DNA from: Owenia fusiformis
Taxonomy: Eukaryota
Reading direction: 5' to 3'
DNA length: 64,000 nucleotides
Assembly (NCBI GenBank): GCA_903813345.2
Contig: CAIIXF020000001.1
Location: forward strand, 16,430,001-16,494,000
In this document: piece by piece, positions 39,701-52,200 of the stretch
Position numbering within the stretch: position 1 is the first letter of the stretch
Layout: each line of letters starts with the position of its first letter
Translations under genes and position numbers: made by a program
The notes under the pieces: generated by a model
What the model saw: the letters and a program-made list of their open reading frames with translations, nothing else
Told to the model about the DNA's origin: nothing
Databases searched by the model: none

Positions 39701-40684
39701 GGTACATTTGAATTGAGTTTCTCGCTACTTCAAAATTAGGAATTTTGCTCATGATTAAGTACATCCCTTAACTAATGATTGACTTAGGACAAAACCACAC
39801 ATTGTTTTATTTGGGAAAAGTATACAAAGTATCATCTCCATTCGGTTTTGTTTTGTGAAGATCGTATTATTTTAGCATAAAGAATCCTTTATCATTCTAT
39901 ATTGGAAATTTAAAAGCATAGGTGCATGTACTTACCTGTCTGATAATGCACCGAGGGCGGAGTTAGTAACTAAGTTAGTCAGCTGCCTGGTTACTGAGTT
40001 ACTTACTCAGTAAATAAGTATCAAAGTTAGCCAGGTAGTTAAAAAAAGTTAGCTACTAAGTGACGAAGTCAGTTATAAAAGCTAGTTATAAAGTTAAGTC
40101 AGTCAGCTATTACTATTTTAGATACAAGGTTAGTGACTTAGTTGGTAACTAAGTTAGTTAAAAAGCTATTTAAAAAGCTACTTAATAACTTCTGAGGTAG
40201 CGTAGCTATTGACCCAAACAATTCTTTTAGACCTCTTTGAAAACCTAATTTTTGAAATCCCGAATGTCAATTAGAGTCAACGACAGGTCAACTATCAAAG
40301 AGATGACAAAGTGACTCCTGGCAACGTTTAGATAATGTTCATTGATGTCATAACATGTTCCTTTGTATGATCCGAATTAAATAGAGAATAAAAAACTTTC
40401 GAAGGTCATTGAGGGCCAAAAGACCCTGTATGGGTACCTGTGATTAAGCTGGCAACGATCAGAGGAAGAATGATCATCTTCAGCATACGGATAAACAATT
40501 CCCCTGGCAATCCTATCCACATAATAACGCCATCAGATGGATTCGCGGACCTCACTCCCAATCCAAGGAAAAAACCAATCACAATTCCACATAATGTCAA
40601 TATAAGTAGCAAGTTTTGTTTTAATCCAGATGTCATCGATGCTTTGGTGCACAAGCATCCTCTGCCGCAGTTTTTCGGCTTCAT
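30779..40684 (-). CDS. SLC1 family (dicarboxylate/amino acid:cation symporter, excitatory amino acid transporter-like), 8 coding exons, 484 aa
   Basis: Exons on minus: 40684-40438, 38475-38222, 37901-37805, 36531-36405, 36256-36023, 35880-35689, 31848-31711, 30944-30779. All introns are GT-AG with consistent phases; total 1455 nt. The translation has SLC1 hallmarks GELFIRMLKMIILPLIVASLITG, DLLRNMVPENIVQAC, DGMNALGIIIFSIVFG, WYSPIG, GIDVRVSKFVLPL, NKDG and DRLRTVTNV. The specific SLC1A orthologue cannot be assigned by eye. Confidence 0.95.
34419..34822 (+). repeat. Three ~116-135-bp tandem units in SLC1 intron 6, possibly within a Helentron/HINE-like element
   Basis: Unit core CCTTCTACCAAAAGTGTCATTAGACAGTGTGCCA...CAAATATGAACAAAATCGCTC at about 34446, 34581 and 34697. 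A short TCC(A/G) microsatellite lies at about 34313-34327. Confidence 0.75.
36736..37761. mobile_element. Fold-back mariner-derived element (TA TSD) in SLC1 intron 3
   Basis: TA-CAGGGTGTCCAATAAATAAGG...CCTTATTTATTGGACACCCTG-TA with inverted arms of about 440 bp. The centre encodes HPPFSPDLAPNDFYLY (mariner YSPDLAP motif). The arms carry the transposase C-terminus (...WVDRHKKCKARDGHYVE* on plus, mirrored on minus). Confidence 0.9.
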
Positions 40685-42133
40685 AGTCTTAACTTACTAC
40701 AGCTAGTGAGTAAAGTAGAATGTGTATACACTGTTAGTAGGAATTTTGAGCTATTTTTAAAAGACTATAAACAGAGACGGTGCATGATTTTCTGCCAAAT
40801 TATATAGTATAACAACGTGTGCGAACTCATTATGATAGATTATATGATGTAATCAAAGATAAATATGGCATATACACAATTTAGCATCTTCATTGAATAT
40901 ACACTTCAAGTTATTGCAATTAAATAACATTTACTTTACAATTTGTCATCTCATTATCCACGTGTTTCAGGTGAGGATTAAGAACATGACATTCATGAAG
41001 CCATTATGCAGTTATGAAGACATTGGGGAAATACATGACGACCGCCCTCCCCCACCAATCACCAATCCTAGATGACATACAATGCTGGACTTATTGAAGG
41101 AAGTTTGAATTAGCTCGGTATGTCTTACTACAACTTGCTTTATATAACTCAAAATTTGCCAATTTGATCCCTGGCATACAATCGAACAGCCAAATTCTTA
41201 AAAAATAGGCCTGAATTCATCTAGAATTAGCAAAAACATTGACTTTCTGCACGTTGGTGACGATGCACCTTTTTAAAAGATCTAATATTTTAGAAGCGTA
41301 TCAGTTCAAAAAATCCTAGAAGACCTAACATATTTTACCACCTTGCGCCTATTCACTTAGCAATTCAATTGTAAACTTTCTCTTGCCGCATCCCACCCCT
41401 CCTCCTCCGTTCATTCTATCCGATCACCGGATGTGTGACTCACTTTTGCTTAATGTTAAAAGCTTACAATGGTCACTTAATTTCATGTTTTATCAAAAAG
41501 TGTTGATTGAATCTGTCTAAAACTGTCGAAATTTCATACTATGGATTGACCATGTTAATATGCATATTGTTCTTAATCATCATGACATTTTAGTTGACGA
41601 ATAAGCCAAGGTTTTAAAGAATTTTAATATTGCACCAATGGAGATTATTTGGCCCTCTCTTTTTAGAATAGTTGAAAAAATCAAGGAATTGAAGACTGAC
41701 GGACGGCTTTTCTTTATCCCTTTCGAACTACGTTCGGTGGGATAATTACGCCAATATTTCGGCCAATGATTCCAAAATCCAATTATATATGTAATGGATG
41801 TCCATGTGACCTAGGATTGGATGTTGATGGGGGTACGGCCATTATAAAACACCCTCTACGTGGCGGGCACGTTCCGATATATTTTCTAGTACATTGTTTA
41901 GATTATTGGTGAAGTCAAACAGGTGTTGGAAAAATAGATAGAAATAGATAAAGTCTCTTCACAGTATGATGCAAGTGAAATACTGGACTTCGCATACTTT
42001 CTGCATATACACTGATTGACATAGCCATATGCATTGCGATGAATCTAAAAGCACTATTGAAAATGGTATTCAGCACGTCATTTAATTAAAACTTGATGAG
42101 AAATATTCCCCTATAAATATTCCAGAGTGTACT

Positions 42134-42794
42134 ATACGAGGGTTGTCCTCTAACTTTATCAATATTTGATATTTTTCCATGAAATTTTCATGATCCTTTG
42201 ACATATTTTGATTATTCTACAAAGTTCCATATCAATCGATATACTATATTGATGTTATACTAAAATCAAGTTGGTGAGTCTGGGTAGGGCAGGTTTTTTG
42301 TCACGTCGAAAGAAATAAAAAATTGAAAATATGAAATAATTAATCAACTAATATCATTTTGTTTTGCTTTAATAAGACCGCTCAAAAATAAATTTCACTA
42401 GGAGCATATCTTAGATTTAATTGATGTATTATTGCACAGTCCGCTTTCATGTTTCCTTGAAATACTGGCCTAAGTAATTTGACACTGTATTTTTTAAAGT
42501 CATTGTTAAAAGTATCTTTTGCCATCTCATAAGTGTAGTTCTATATCCTGTGAAATATAAATAGAATAACACTTAAAAGATATTCATGATTAGAAAACTG
42601 ATACCTGCCCCGCCCATCCCTTCTCACACGTTGCTGTAGCAACCATTTCCAGGTTTAAAATAAACCTATATGATGCTGAAACTTAAGGATACAATAATTA
42701 ACACTTCAATTACAATACACACAAAATTTTACCTGAATTGAAGAATATTCAAGAAAGTTAGAGCATATAGTGCTTTTCTTCTGGGACAACCCTA
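42134..42794. mobile_element. Degenerate Tc1/mariner-type MITE
   Basis: TACGAGGGTTGTCCTCTAACTTT at the left versus AAAGTTAGAG...GGACAACCCT at the right, plus an internal inverted pair GGGTAGGGCAGGT / ACCTGCCCCGCCC. Confidence 0.55.
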
Positions 42795-42916
42795 CATTAT
42801 ACATTATGGCGCTATTGATTCTGTTTTATCTACATCAATTGTTGGAGAAAATGACTGTTTCTAAACTACAGGTCTTGTTTCATGATTCAGTCATTTTCAT
42901 GATTTTGTGGTTGTAT

Positions 42917-43754
42917 TAGCCTTGCCCAAGTCGGTCTCTTTTACTTATCTTGATTTCCATTATGACTGCCTTGTACCCAAGAGAAAGCCACGTGCTTTAC
43001 CGACCCAATGTTTATGTCGGTAAAATTTGACCAATCAACGATAGCCCTGACGCGTTAGCTCATTATTATGCACGGTCAAAAACAAGTACACTTTTCACCA
43101 GGACTTTTCACGAACAAATCTAGCATGAATTCATCATGAAAATACAAATATTTTATCAGATAAATATCAATCAGAGTTAAGTGGATGCTGGAGCATCGAT
43201 CAGACACCCGGAGGTGAGAAGATTTCAACAAGAAATGTTGAAACGATCGCTGAATTCAAATGATCGAACATCTAGGCTGAGATTCAATCACTGAATCCGA
43301 GATCGACAACTACATGGCCGGACTAAACTGTCTAAAGGTCTTCGTGCATTTTCATCGCTAATTCAGTTTTAAATCAACATTGAATCGCATGATTTAATTT
43401 ATATTAATGACTGCTTACATTACAATGTACATTTAATTACATATTAATAAATTGTAACTCAAGAAACACTCGATCAGATCATTGAATTTCAAGTCGTAGA
43501 CGGGTAATTTGCCTTGTTTATGCAGGTCAACCTGATAACGTTTGATTGGTCAATCGGCCTGAAGTCACACGTCGTGTCGATGCGATCTTGTCAATCAATA
43601 AGGTTTCGCGATACCCCTGACAGCGTAGGTATTATGGAAATCTCGAAACCGCTGAATAACTTAGCATAATATCAGCGGAGATTTATTGGATTGTACAAGG
43701 CGGTAATAATTCAAGATCAGATAAGTAAAAAAAATACCGACTTGGGCAAGGCTA
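42917..43754. mobile_element. Non-autonomous TIR DNA transposon (TAG...CTA, 9-bp TSD), copy 2
   Basis: Same TIRs as copy 1. TSD TGGTTGTAT at 42908-42916 and 43755-43763. Opposite orientation to copy 1. Confidence 0.9.
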
Positions 43755-44083
43755 TGGTTGTATCATTTCCTATTGATTTTTCTCGTGACAAAAAGTTCGG
43801 ATTATAATTAGAACATTGGATTTCAAATAAAGCATTTAGAACTCTAAGCCCAGACTCTGTTTTTCATCTTCAGCACCCGTTTTGCACCCAAACCTTAAAG
43901 TAGTTGTATTTGTATTTTCTAGAAGATGTCCAACCTGTTCTTGTTTTATAATATGTCATTGAATAACAACCAATAAATTACAATTGTCTTCAGCTGAATG
44001 TTTTTTATTAGCATGCACTTCTACCATTCTGATAATACAATAAATAAATAAATAAATAGTTTCTGGCTTTGTTTTAACCAAGT

Positions 44084-47000
44084 TTAACCAAGGATGAGTT
44101 CGTCTGGATCCTTGATGGGTTTCCATGATGGTGAGGAAGGTGTTGACGATGTGCCCTTGGGTGCTGTCGTTACCGATGTTTGCCTAATTTGTGACATCTT
44201 GGGTTTAAAAGAATACACAAACACTCTGTCTTTGCTATAACTTGGAACAAAAAGTTCTTTGTAACCATCTTTGTCAATGTCTGCTATTGCTATACCACCA
44301 ATCGTACCATCTCCATCTTCAAGAAATGTCTTTGTCTCGTACTCCCAATTATTGAGGTCAAGGCTCTTGGGGTAAAGTATATGGGCAGACCCATCATCGT
44401 CACCAGAGACAAGAATCAGTGGTTTTCCACTCTCATTCCTAAATAAATTGAAAAATGCATAGCGGTGACAAAACAATTTTCAAAATAAGCAAATTATTAG
44501 GATTGCATATTCCTCAGCTAACATTTTGATTCGACTTTTACAATTGTCTGAGAGGCATATACCAACAACAGTGATTCGAGTTTGTCAAAATAAGAAAGAC
44601 ATTTACTTACTTTGTGTTTGGAAAGAAAGCCTTTGATGATCCCGGCGATCCTTTCCCAGGGCCCCAGCTTTTGGAACTGAATCCCGTCGCCAACGTATGC
44701 ATCACATACTTTCCTGACCTATATAGCAAATTGTATTATTTAGTTGATCGGATACAGCAAGTCTGTATCTTTATCTACTTAAATGACTTAGGGAACTTAT
44801 GAATCATCAAGTATGACTATTATTTTATGTGCCTTATTTGTAAAATATTTGTTCCTGGCCACCGAGTTGTAAAAATTTCAGAAAAAGAGTTGACCAGCTT
44901 GGTCGCGCTTCATGATATGGTATATTTCTGATCTTTCAATCTCGAAAATAGACAAATGTCCGTTGCATATATTTTCAGATTTTACCATTTAATCATTTTC
45001 GACTGGTAAAAAAACTGATAGACATTACCGTTTTCAGCAAAAAAAATCCCATGGTTGGTTGTTGAATTGAAACTTGAAAATTGAAACTCTGTCGACCAGA
45101 AACAAGAATATACATATCATACATAAACCAACCTAAAATCAATTGGCACTTCGAAGGCTAAAACCTTTCCGTTTTCATAAGCATTGAGTGAGACAAGGAG
45201 GTCCAGGCGACCATCCCTGTTAAGATCCATAACTTGAACATCAAACATCTGACCTAATTTTGTTGCGATCACATTTTGTTTCACCTAGAAATAAATAATT
45301 CAATTCATCAATTTATGTTAGTAGTTGTACTAGATAGTTGTACTAGGTATAGTATTCCGCTCAGCATGTGGCTTCGGATAGTACATTTCGGGAAATAATT
45401 TACACTTTTGCCCTCAATGGCAGTCACTATTTGCATAATATGGTCCTTTGAACATTTATGCAATATTACAAGTGTACATTAGCCTACCATCACTCATGAT
45501 TGACAGAGTATATCATGGGTAATTTTCTAGGTAATTTTGAATTAAGGCTTTCAGTACCTGAACGAAGAAAGATGCAAGTGATCAGAACTAAACCCAAATA
45601 CAATATAAGTGTGTATACCTTGGATTTTTCCCATTCACCAGACGGCGACCAATAAATAGTTAAGTTCTCTGAGAAATATGAGCTGGTAATGATGACGTCA
45701 TACATAACGCCATCTGCAGTCATCTCTGCTAAAGTGAACATGTTATCGGGCCCAGATGCTACGATATGTTCCGTCCAAGGTCTTGAGAAGTTGTAAGGTG
45801 AATCACGGGGATTTTCCAACCAAAGTAGGTTTCCCTCAGTTGAACCTTTAAAAGAATAATACATAGAAATAGCTGGAATAATACTACAGATAACTATAGT
45901 TTGACCCGACCTTTGGTGAATCTGACCTGGATGGCACTACAGGATACACTACAGCACTACAGCGGTGCAAGAAGGGCCGATGAGTAAGATGATCAACCCA
46001 CTGTCCCACTTTTTACTGCTATCATCTCCTGACAGAAAAACATCACTTGGGCAACATTTACTGCCATTGATTTTGCGTCATTTAGGCGCCAGATTCAGAT
46101 TTCCCCATTCCTGAAGCTTTTAAAACCTAGTTATCATATGAAAAGAAGCGGCTTGCGCCACTGAGACCCTTCTGGATCCGTGACTATATAAAAACTAGTT
46201 AAGTAGGTGAGAAGTGTTTGCGCGTTTGTTTGTACCATGGTTACAATTCCGGGTATTGCCTTATCTTGTTTCTAATGAATGGAAACCTGCAAAATATATT
46301 TACAGGCCGTAAAAGTTGGCTGGCCCAACTGCCCCCCCCCCTTTAATTTAACAACCAGCCTGTAAAAGGACTTTGAAACCATGAGAGTATGTTTCACTGT
46401 TTGCCTGTTTTTGGACATTTACATCTAAATACACAATATTTGATGTTTGATTCCTTAAGAATAGTAAACATAGACCCATTAAACATATCTTAAACATAAG
46501 TGTAGATTGGATAATTGTCAAAGCTAGAGCAGTTTTAGTAAAATACATTTACTCTTTAAGCTTTAAATTAATTACCAAATATTGGTTTCCTTCCTCTACA
46601 AGTGACAGCATCGGGGAGACCATCTTTGTTCATATCTTTCCACAGAACACGATGGAAGAACCAGTCCTTGTCAGCACCACCTTTAGGTGTGGATATGTCG
46701 AACGGCCCGACACTATTACGAAGTATAGTCCCAGGGTTCAAGTCAAATATATTCACAGCACCATCCTGTTTTCCGGGAACTAAGAATCCACCCGGTACAG
46801 CAATAGAATCTTTTCCAAACCCAGGTACTATAAAGTTAGGAAAACATTTTTAAATATTTAATGAAACATATTTCAAATGACATTAGTCATTTAAAGCAGT
46901 AAACGGAATTTTGTAGAGCATTTATAATTTTTGTACTTATATAAAGAATAAGTACTTCGATAAAGACCTCTATAAGTTCTACATCATATTCCAATATTGG

Positions 47001-47447
47001 TGGTAAGCTACAACTTATGGCAGATAGGGTAGGGATACAAGACTAGATATACTCACTTGGAACGGGTTCGATTTCATTCGGCCATGTTACTTTATCCGTC
47101 AATGTCTGGACATTGATGTTAGTAATGTTTTCTGAAATAACCTTATCAATATCGGTAACGTAGTAAATGTGATCGCTGTTCCATGGAATCGGATCAAAGC
47201 TGGAGATGATCAAAGTGAAGTTGCCGTCATTCTGATCTTTGTTCAGGTTATCATAAGCTGCTATGAATGACGGATACGTCACTTTAAATTCTGAGATCAG
47301 CCTTGGTGAGATCTCCGGTTCGGCAAGAGCTGTGGCGCTACAAACTAGAGAAAGGCATATTGCCATTTCAAATACGCGCATATGTTGAGACATCCTTAGA
47401 TGATTCGCGCTTTTTCGTCTACTCATCTTTAATGATTTCTTTTTCAT
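44084..47447 (-). CDS. Secreted FG-GAP/VCBS-repeat (beta-propeller) protein, 6 coding exons, about 472-494 aa
   Basis: Exons on minus: 47447 (or ATG at 47381)-47057, 46827-46576, 45845-45619, 45284-45133, 44718-44611, 44438-44084, all GT-AG and phase-consistent. It has a signal-peptide-like MRVFEMAICLSLVCSATALA, repeated Ca-binding-type motifs DMNKDGLPD, DLNRDGRLD and DIDKDGYKE, and a Ser/Thr/Pro-rich tail. The start codon is uncertain. Confidence 0.9.
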
Positions 47448-49226
47448 TTGACACTGTGTTGTCGGGATCTAGTAACGAAATTTATATTGTCCTTATCAAT
47501 GTAAATGCATATGTAAGTTCCACACTTTCACATGTTGGTACACCCTTCTGAATAAGATAAGAGATAAGATTGATGATTTGGTAAAACAAAACAAGGCATG
47601 CGACGTGTGTATTGCAGAATGATCTAAATTCAATTATGAACATTCGCTTATCCAAAGACAAAATGGGAATTTTTATAGTGTTATATCAAATCGTGATGAC
47701 TTGTATAGATGGCATAATTGCTAACTATTGTTGGTCTATCTTCATGGATATGGCAGTACTTGATATCGACTCAATACTATCACTTAGACTTCGAAATCTC
47801 ACTTTACAGAGGTTTTATTCAGATCTTTTAATCTCCCAGATTTAAGGCATTTTTAAAAAATCACTAAACTGACACATGATCAATTGCTTTAATTTGGCGC
47901 TAGTTAATTTTTGAGTAAAATATGGATATTGGAAGGCTAGCTAACTATTGAAAGAATTCTCAATGATATTTTTTTTAATTGGCAGAGACTTAATTTGGTG
48001 GATTGTATCAATCCGCCAAATCAGCCAAATTAAAACGGCTGTCAAATTAAAGCAATTTACAGCATTGAAATCGTCCTGTGTTACACGAGTTGTGTGTCGC
48101 GAATTGGTAGCTTATAACTCTATCGTCTGCACAAGAATAGATGTCTCTCAATCTGTGAGTCGCTGTAAAATATTGAATAGCACCAAGGGTACTTCTATTT
48201 TGCACCCCGTTGCATTTTTGGATTGAATATTACATCGATTTATGTTTACGGTATTTGTTCACCTTTACGCAATTGTGTACATTTGTACATTTGTGTTTTT
48301 GTCAATGTCAGTTAAAAATCAATCAATTAATAATATAGGATATTGAAAACCTTTGTCAAATCGAAGATAACCTGAACCATTGAGTATGTTTAGCCGTGGT
48401 GTGTGGTGGTACTAACGAAACTATTATCCTAATATGTAGTGGTTCAGTTCTCTATTCAGTCTGCTCTATTGTATGGCTATAGTTGGTATTTTGTTTTAGG
48501 ACTTGGAGTAAATGGGCAAGGATTAGCGATATAAGTCTTATACATAGCCTAAATGTATCTTATTGATAGCAGTATAATATCTTAAAATAAATTGAAAGTG
48601 AAGACCTATTTCTTCACCACCTAACCCAATTTTTGATCAGTAAAATAATTATATTTGTTCCACGTGTGAACCAACTTTTAATTGTTTGTACTTGTTTATT
48701 TGTATAATCTCTGATGGTGATCAAAAGCGTTTCTGATAATAAAAGGTATTCTTGTCGTTTGTCTTTTTGGTATCCAAAACACCACGTTCATGTAGTCCTT
48801 TATAAAAGATCAAAATACTACACCGAAGAAAATAATCCCCTATTTACTTAAAATAATCGTTTCACATACTAATCTGATTAATGCATATAATTGTTTTCTG
48901 CACACTTTAAAACTGACAAATGTCATCTATACGTTTCGAGACAAAAGAAAAGTTTGATTAAAACAGTTGGTCAATATCAAGGCTTATTCCTCACAGATTA
49001 TAGTATAGGGCATTCGACGGCGGATTGATTTGGCTAATGTTTACGAATCTGGTTATTCAATGGCCGTAGTATAGCAACAGTACACAATGTTGTAAACAGT
49101 TGATATAGCCTTTGTACCCGATAGTCCAATTACACTTTATTAAATCTCTACACGCGAACGGCTGTGAGACTTTTAGGATTAACTTTTACTTGTCAGTTTT
49201 GATACATCTTATTATAGATATTAAAA

Positions 49227-52200
49227 ATGGGTTGTGGAGGAAGCAAGAGCACTGGTACAGAGAACCAACAGAAGAAAGCAGATCCTGCCCCTGCTCAACA
49301 GCATAACGAGCAAGCAGATAACAAGAATGGAAGCGGTAGTGCCCCCGACAACAAGGGTAAGAAAAATATATAAACTACTCATCATGTCCAATCATTTCAT
49401 CAAATATCCTCCATAGTCTGCACTAAAGTAATAATAATCAGTCCATTCGATCCAATTTTGGAAGTTTGTGGTAAGTGATGTATAAAGTAACTGTACTGCC
49501 CGGTCGGGCTGTTCTATCGATAAGCTTTATCTTAAAATAGGATACATATAAATCAGATGAATTGAAAACATTAATCCCATAAGTAGTGTACCGTGAAAGA
49601 AAACGTATACCATAATAGAGGATTATTCCATTATTATTCATTTGATAGTTGCAGAATGTTTTAATTATTGATAATCAGTTGGTGAAACTAATGTAAAAGC
49701 CGGATAAAAATAACAAGTGAATATCGTGATCAAAACACATGTATACGGATTTTCTTGTCAGAATAAAGGATCAGAAAACATCAGCTAGGCAACGCGGCTT
49801 ATCAACAATTAAAATAAAACTTTTCTCCCTACACCAAACCAAATATGTGGTCTACACTAATACACATATATTCTCGTGACAAAAACGGACATATCAATTA
49901 AGATTATTAATGAATCTATATTAGGTGTTTCTAAATACAACTATAATTTGTGTAGCATGCCCTTCGAGAGTTGAAATCTGAAAAATCTGAAATTCGAGAT
50001 ATCCATGTGCTATTTCGTAGAAATTGGAGTTGACAGTTGGGAGAGGCTCAGTGTGGTCGTTCGGACCATTCTGCTTGTGACATGTAAGATGACATCGGTA
50101 AAGCTAACTAATCCCTTGATCACACAGATATCAGTTACATACGTAAATGATACCAATAGTGACTATTTACCATTACGGGATAACAGAATTATACTATTTG
50201 ATGAATAAAACTATAATTAACTCAAGATCAGCGTGGATCCCCTAAAACATACGACTAGGTGGATAAACTAACAAAGTGGGATGATAAATCTGATTTAGAA
50301 ACAGACACTTGTTGATCGATCAGAAATAGTTAATTGACCATCGAGACTATCCAAGTATAATACAAAGAGTAAATACTAGAAGTATAAATTGATCCTCATG
50401 TGGAACAAACATTGTATACAATCAATCTATATTGAATGCTTTCAAGTTGATGTTGTATTGGAAACGTTAACTGTTAATCCGCAACATTTACTAACTGTTA
50501 ATTGCTTAGATCGAATATGAATAATTAAAAAGCGTGACTTATTATTTAGAAGACTATTCACAGCAAAGTTTTAGATATTGCTTGACTACAATAAACTACA
50601 ATAATCATTATTAATGTTTGATGATGTTTACAAATCTAACACAATACGAATACGTGTTAACATGTGAAAATTATGGAATCAATTTGAGGAGGTTGGTTAA
50701 TTTCAAGAATGTTAACAAATGAAATGTGTAGTGGCAACCAATGACTAAACAACAATGTTTAAATCTAAATTTTTCGCTGTCACTTTCGCTACCTGGAATA
50801 TTAGAATTGATACATACATAATGATATTTATATTGATTTGAAAGTTTCTATGTCAACACTGATCTCTAAACCTATGTTGACATTCGGGCCGTGTGAAGTA
50901 GAAGAGCACATATACCTTTTGATAGCTGTTTAAAATAAACAAAGCATGACAAACAAAAACGATCAAGAATAAATAATATTCTTCTTAGTCAAATGCAATT
51001 GTTTATACGTAATGACATTGAATATTTTAACAATAACAATAGTATGTCTACTTTCATGACCAACCCATAGTAAATAGCAAATCCCTTCGTAAAGTTTTCT
51101 ACCATATGAAATAATATGCCACAATAAGTTTTAGGAATCCCGATTCAGATTACATTTTAGAAATTATTAGAGTATCCAATTACAATGTCGATGTTAGCTT
51201 CATTGGGTACAATGACATCAGACAATAACCTATGGATATCGATTCTATTAGAAATCATACTCAAACATTCTAATAAAAATGAACAGGAATATACTTCAAT
51301 AGTTTCGTGTATTATATAGTTTTGTATATGTGGCTATAATTAATTATAATTAAGGTCTTTGTATTCGTCTAAATAATACTATTTGAAACATATTTATGGG
51401 GACGAAACAATGAACAACATCAGTATTATTTTTAAACAATTTATAAAATATATTTGCCATTTCATCCGAACTCGACAAGATGACGGATAAGAAACATATT
51501 TCTAACATTTACAAATATAAGTAAACATGTATGCGACAGCATATGTTACATGATGAAGTTCAAAACACGAAACAGAGACAGAAAGTTCTACACCGATTCA
51601 CCCTGACATTGTCAAAGAAGGTCAATCACCATTAAACCAAAAAACAGAAACCAAACAAACGGATATGTATTGACTGAATAATCGATTCATAATCCATTGT
51701 TAAAATATGAAGTTTACCATGCCCACTAAATACACACCAACATCAAGTATCGATGTATAAGTTGGAAGTAACGTGGCGGTTTTATGACAGGAGCTGTTGT
51801 GGCAACAATGATCGTTGCTAAAAGACTGTTAATTGAACTTCGATCCTTATCTTGTAAGCGGTAATGTAGAATACTGCTATAAGCTAACAACCTGGTGTAC
51901 TCAGCCTCCCGAGTTCAATACTTACGACCAAGTCGGCTGAGACTCGAGACAACCAGTAAACTAACCAAACTCTGCAAAGGGTAGCCATCATATCATTATC
52001 ACAACGGATTGTTGAACTAATATTAGAAAGTTAGACCAGTTGCTGAGGAATTGATTTCTTCTGTAGCTTTTGCACAATTGCCCTTTGATGATGAGAGCTT
52101 CACTGATAACAATCTGAACACTTTTTCCTCTCATTGACTCCCATGTTAAAAAAATCTTGATCTGAACATCCCCTAATCTGAACAATGAACAATAATATTT

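Noticed and set aside
51540-51680. Possible extra exon of the acidic protein (ETETESSTPIHPDIVKE)
   Set aside because: No in-phase acceptor, and stops lie immediately upstream.
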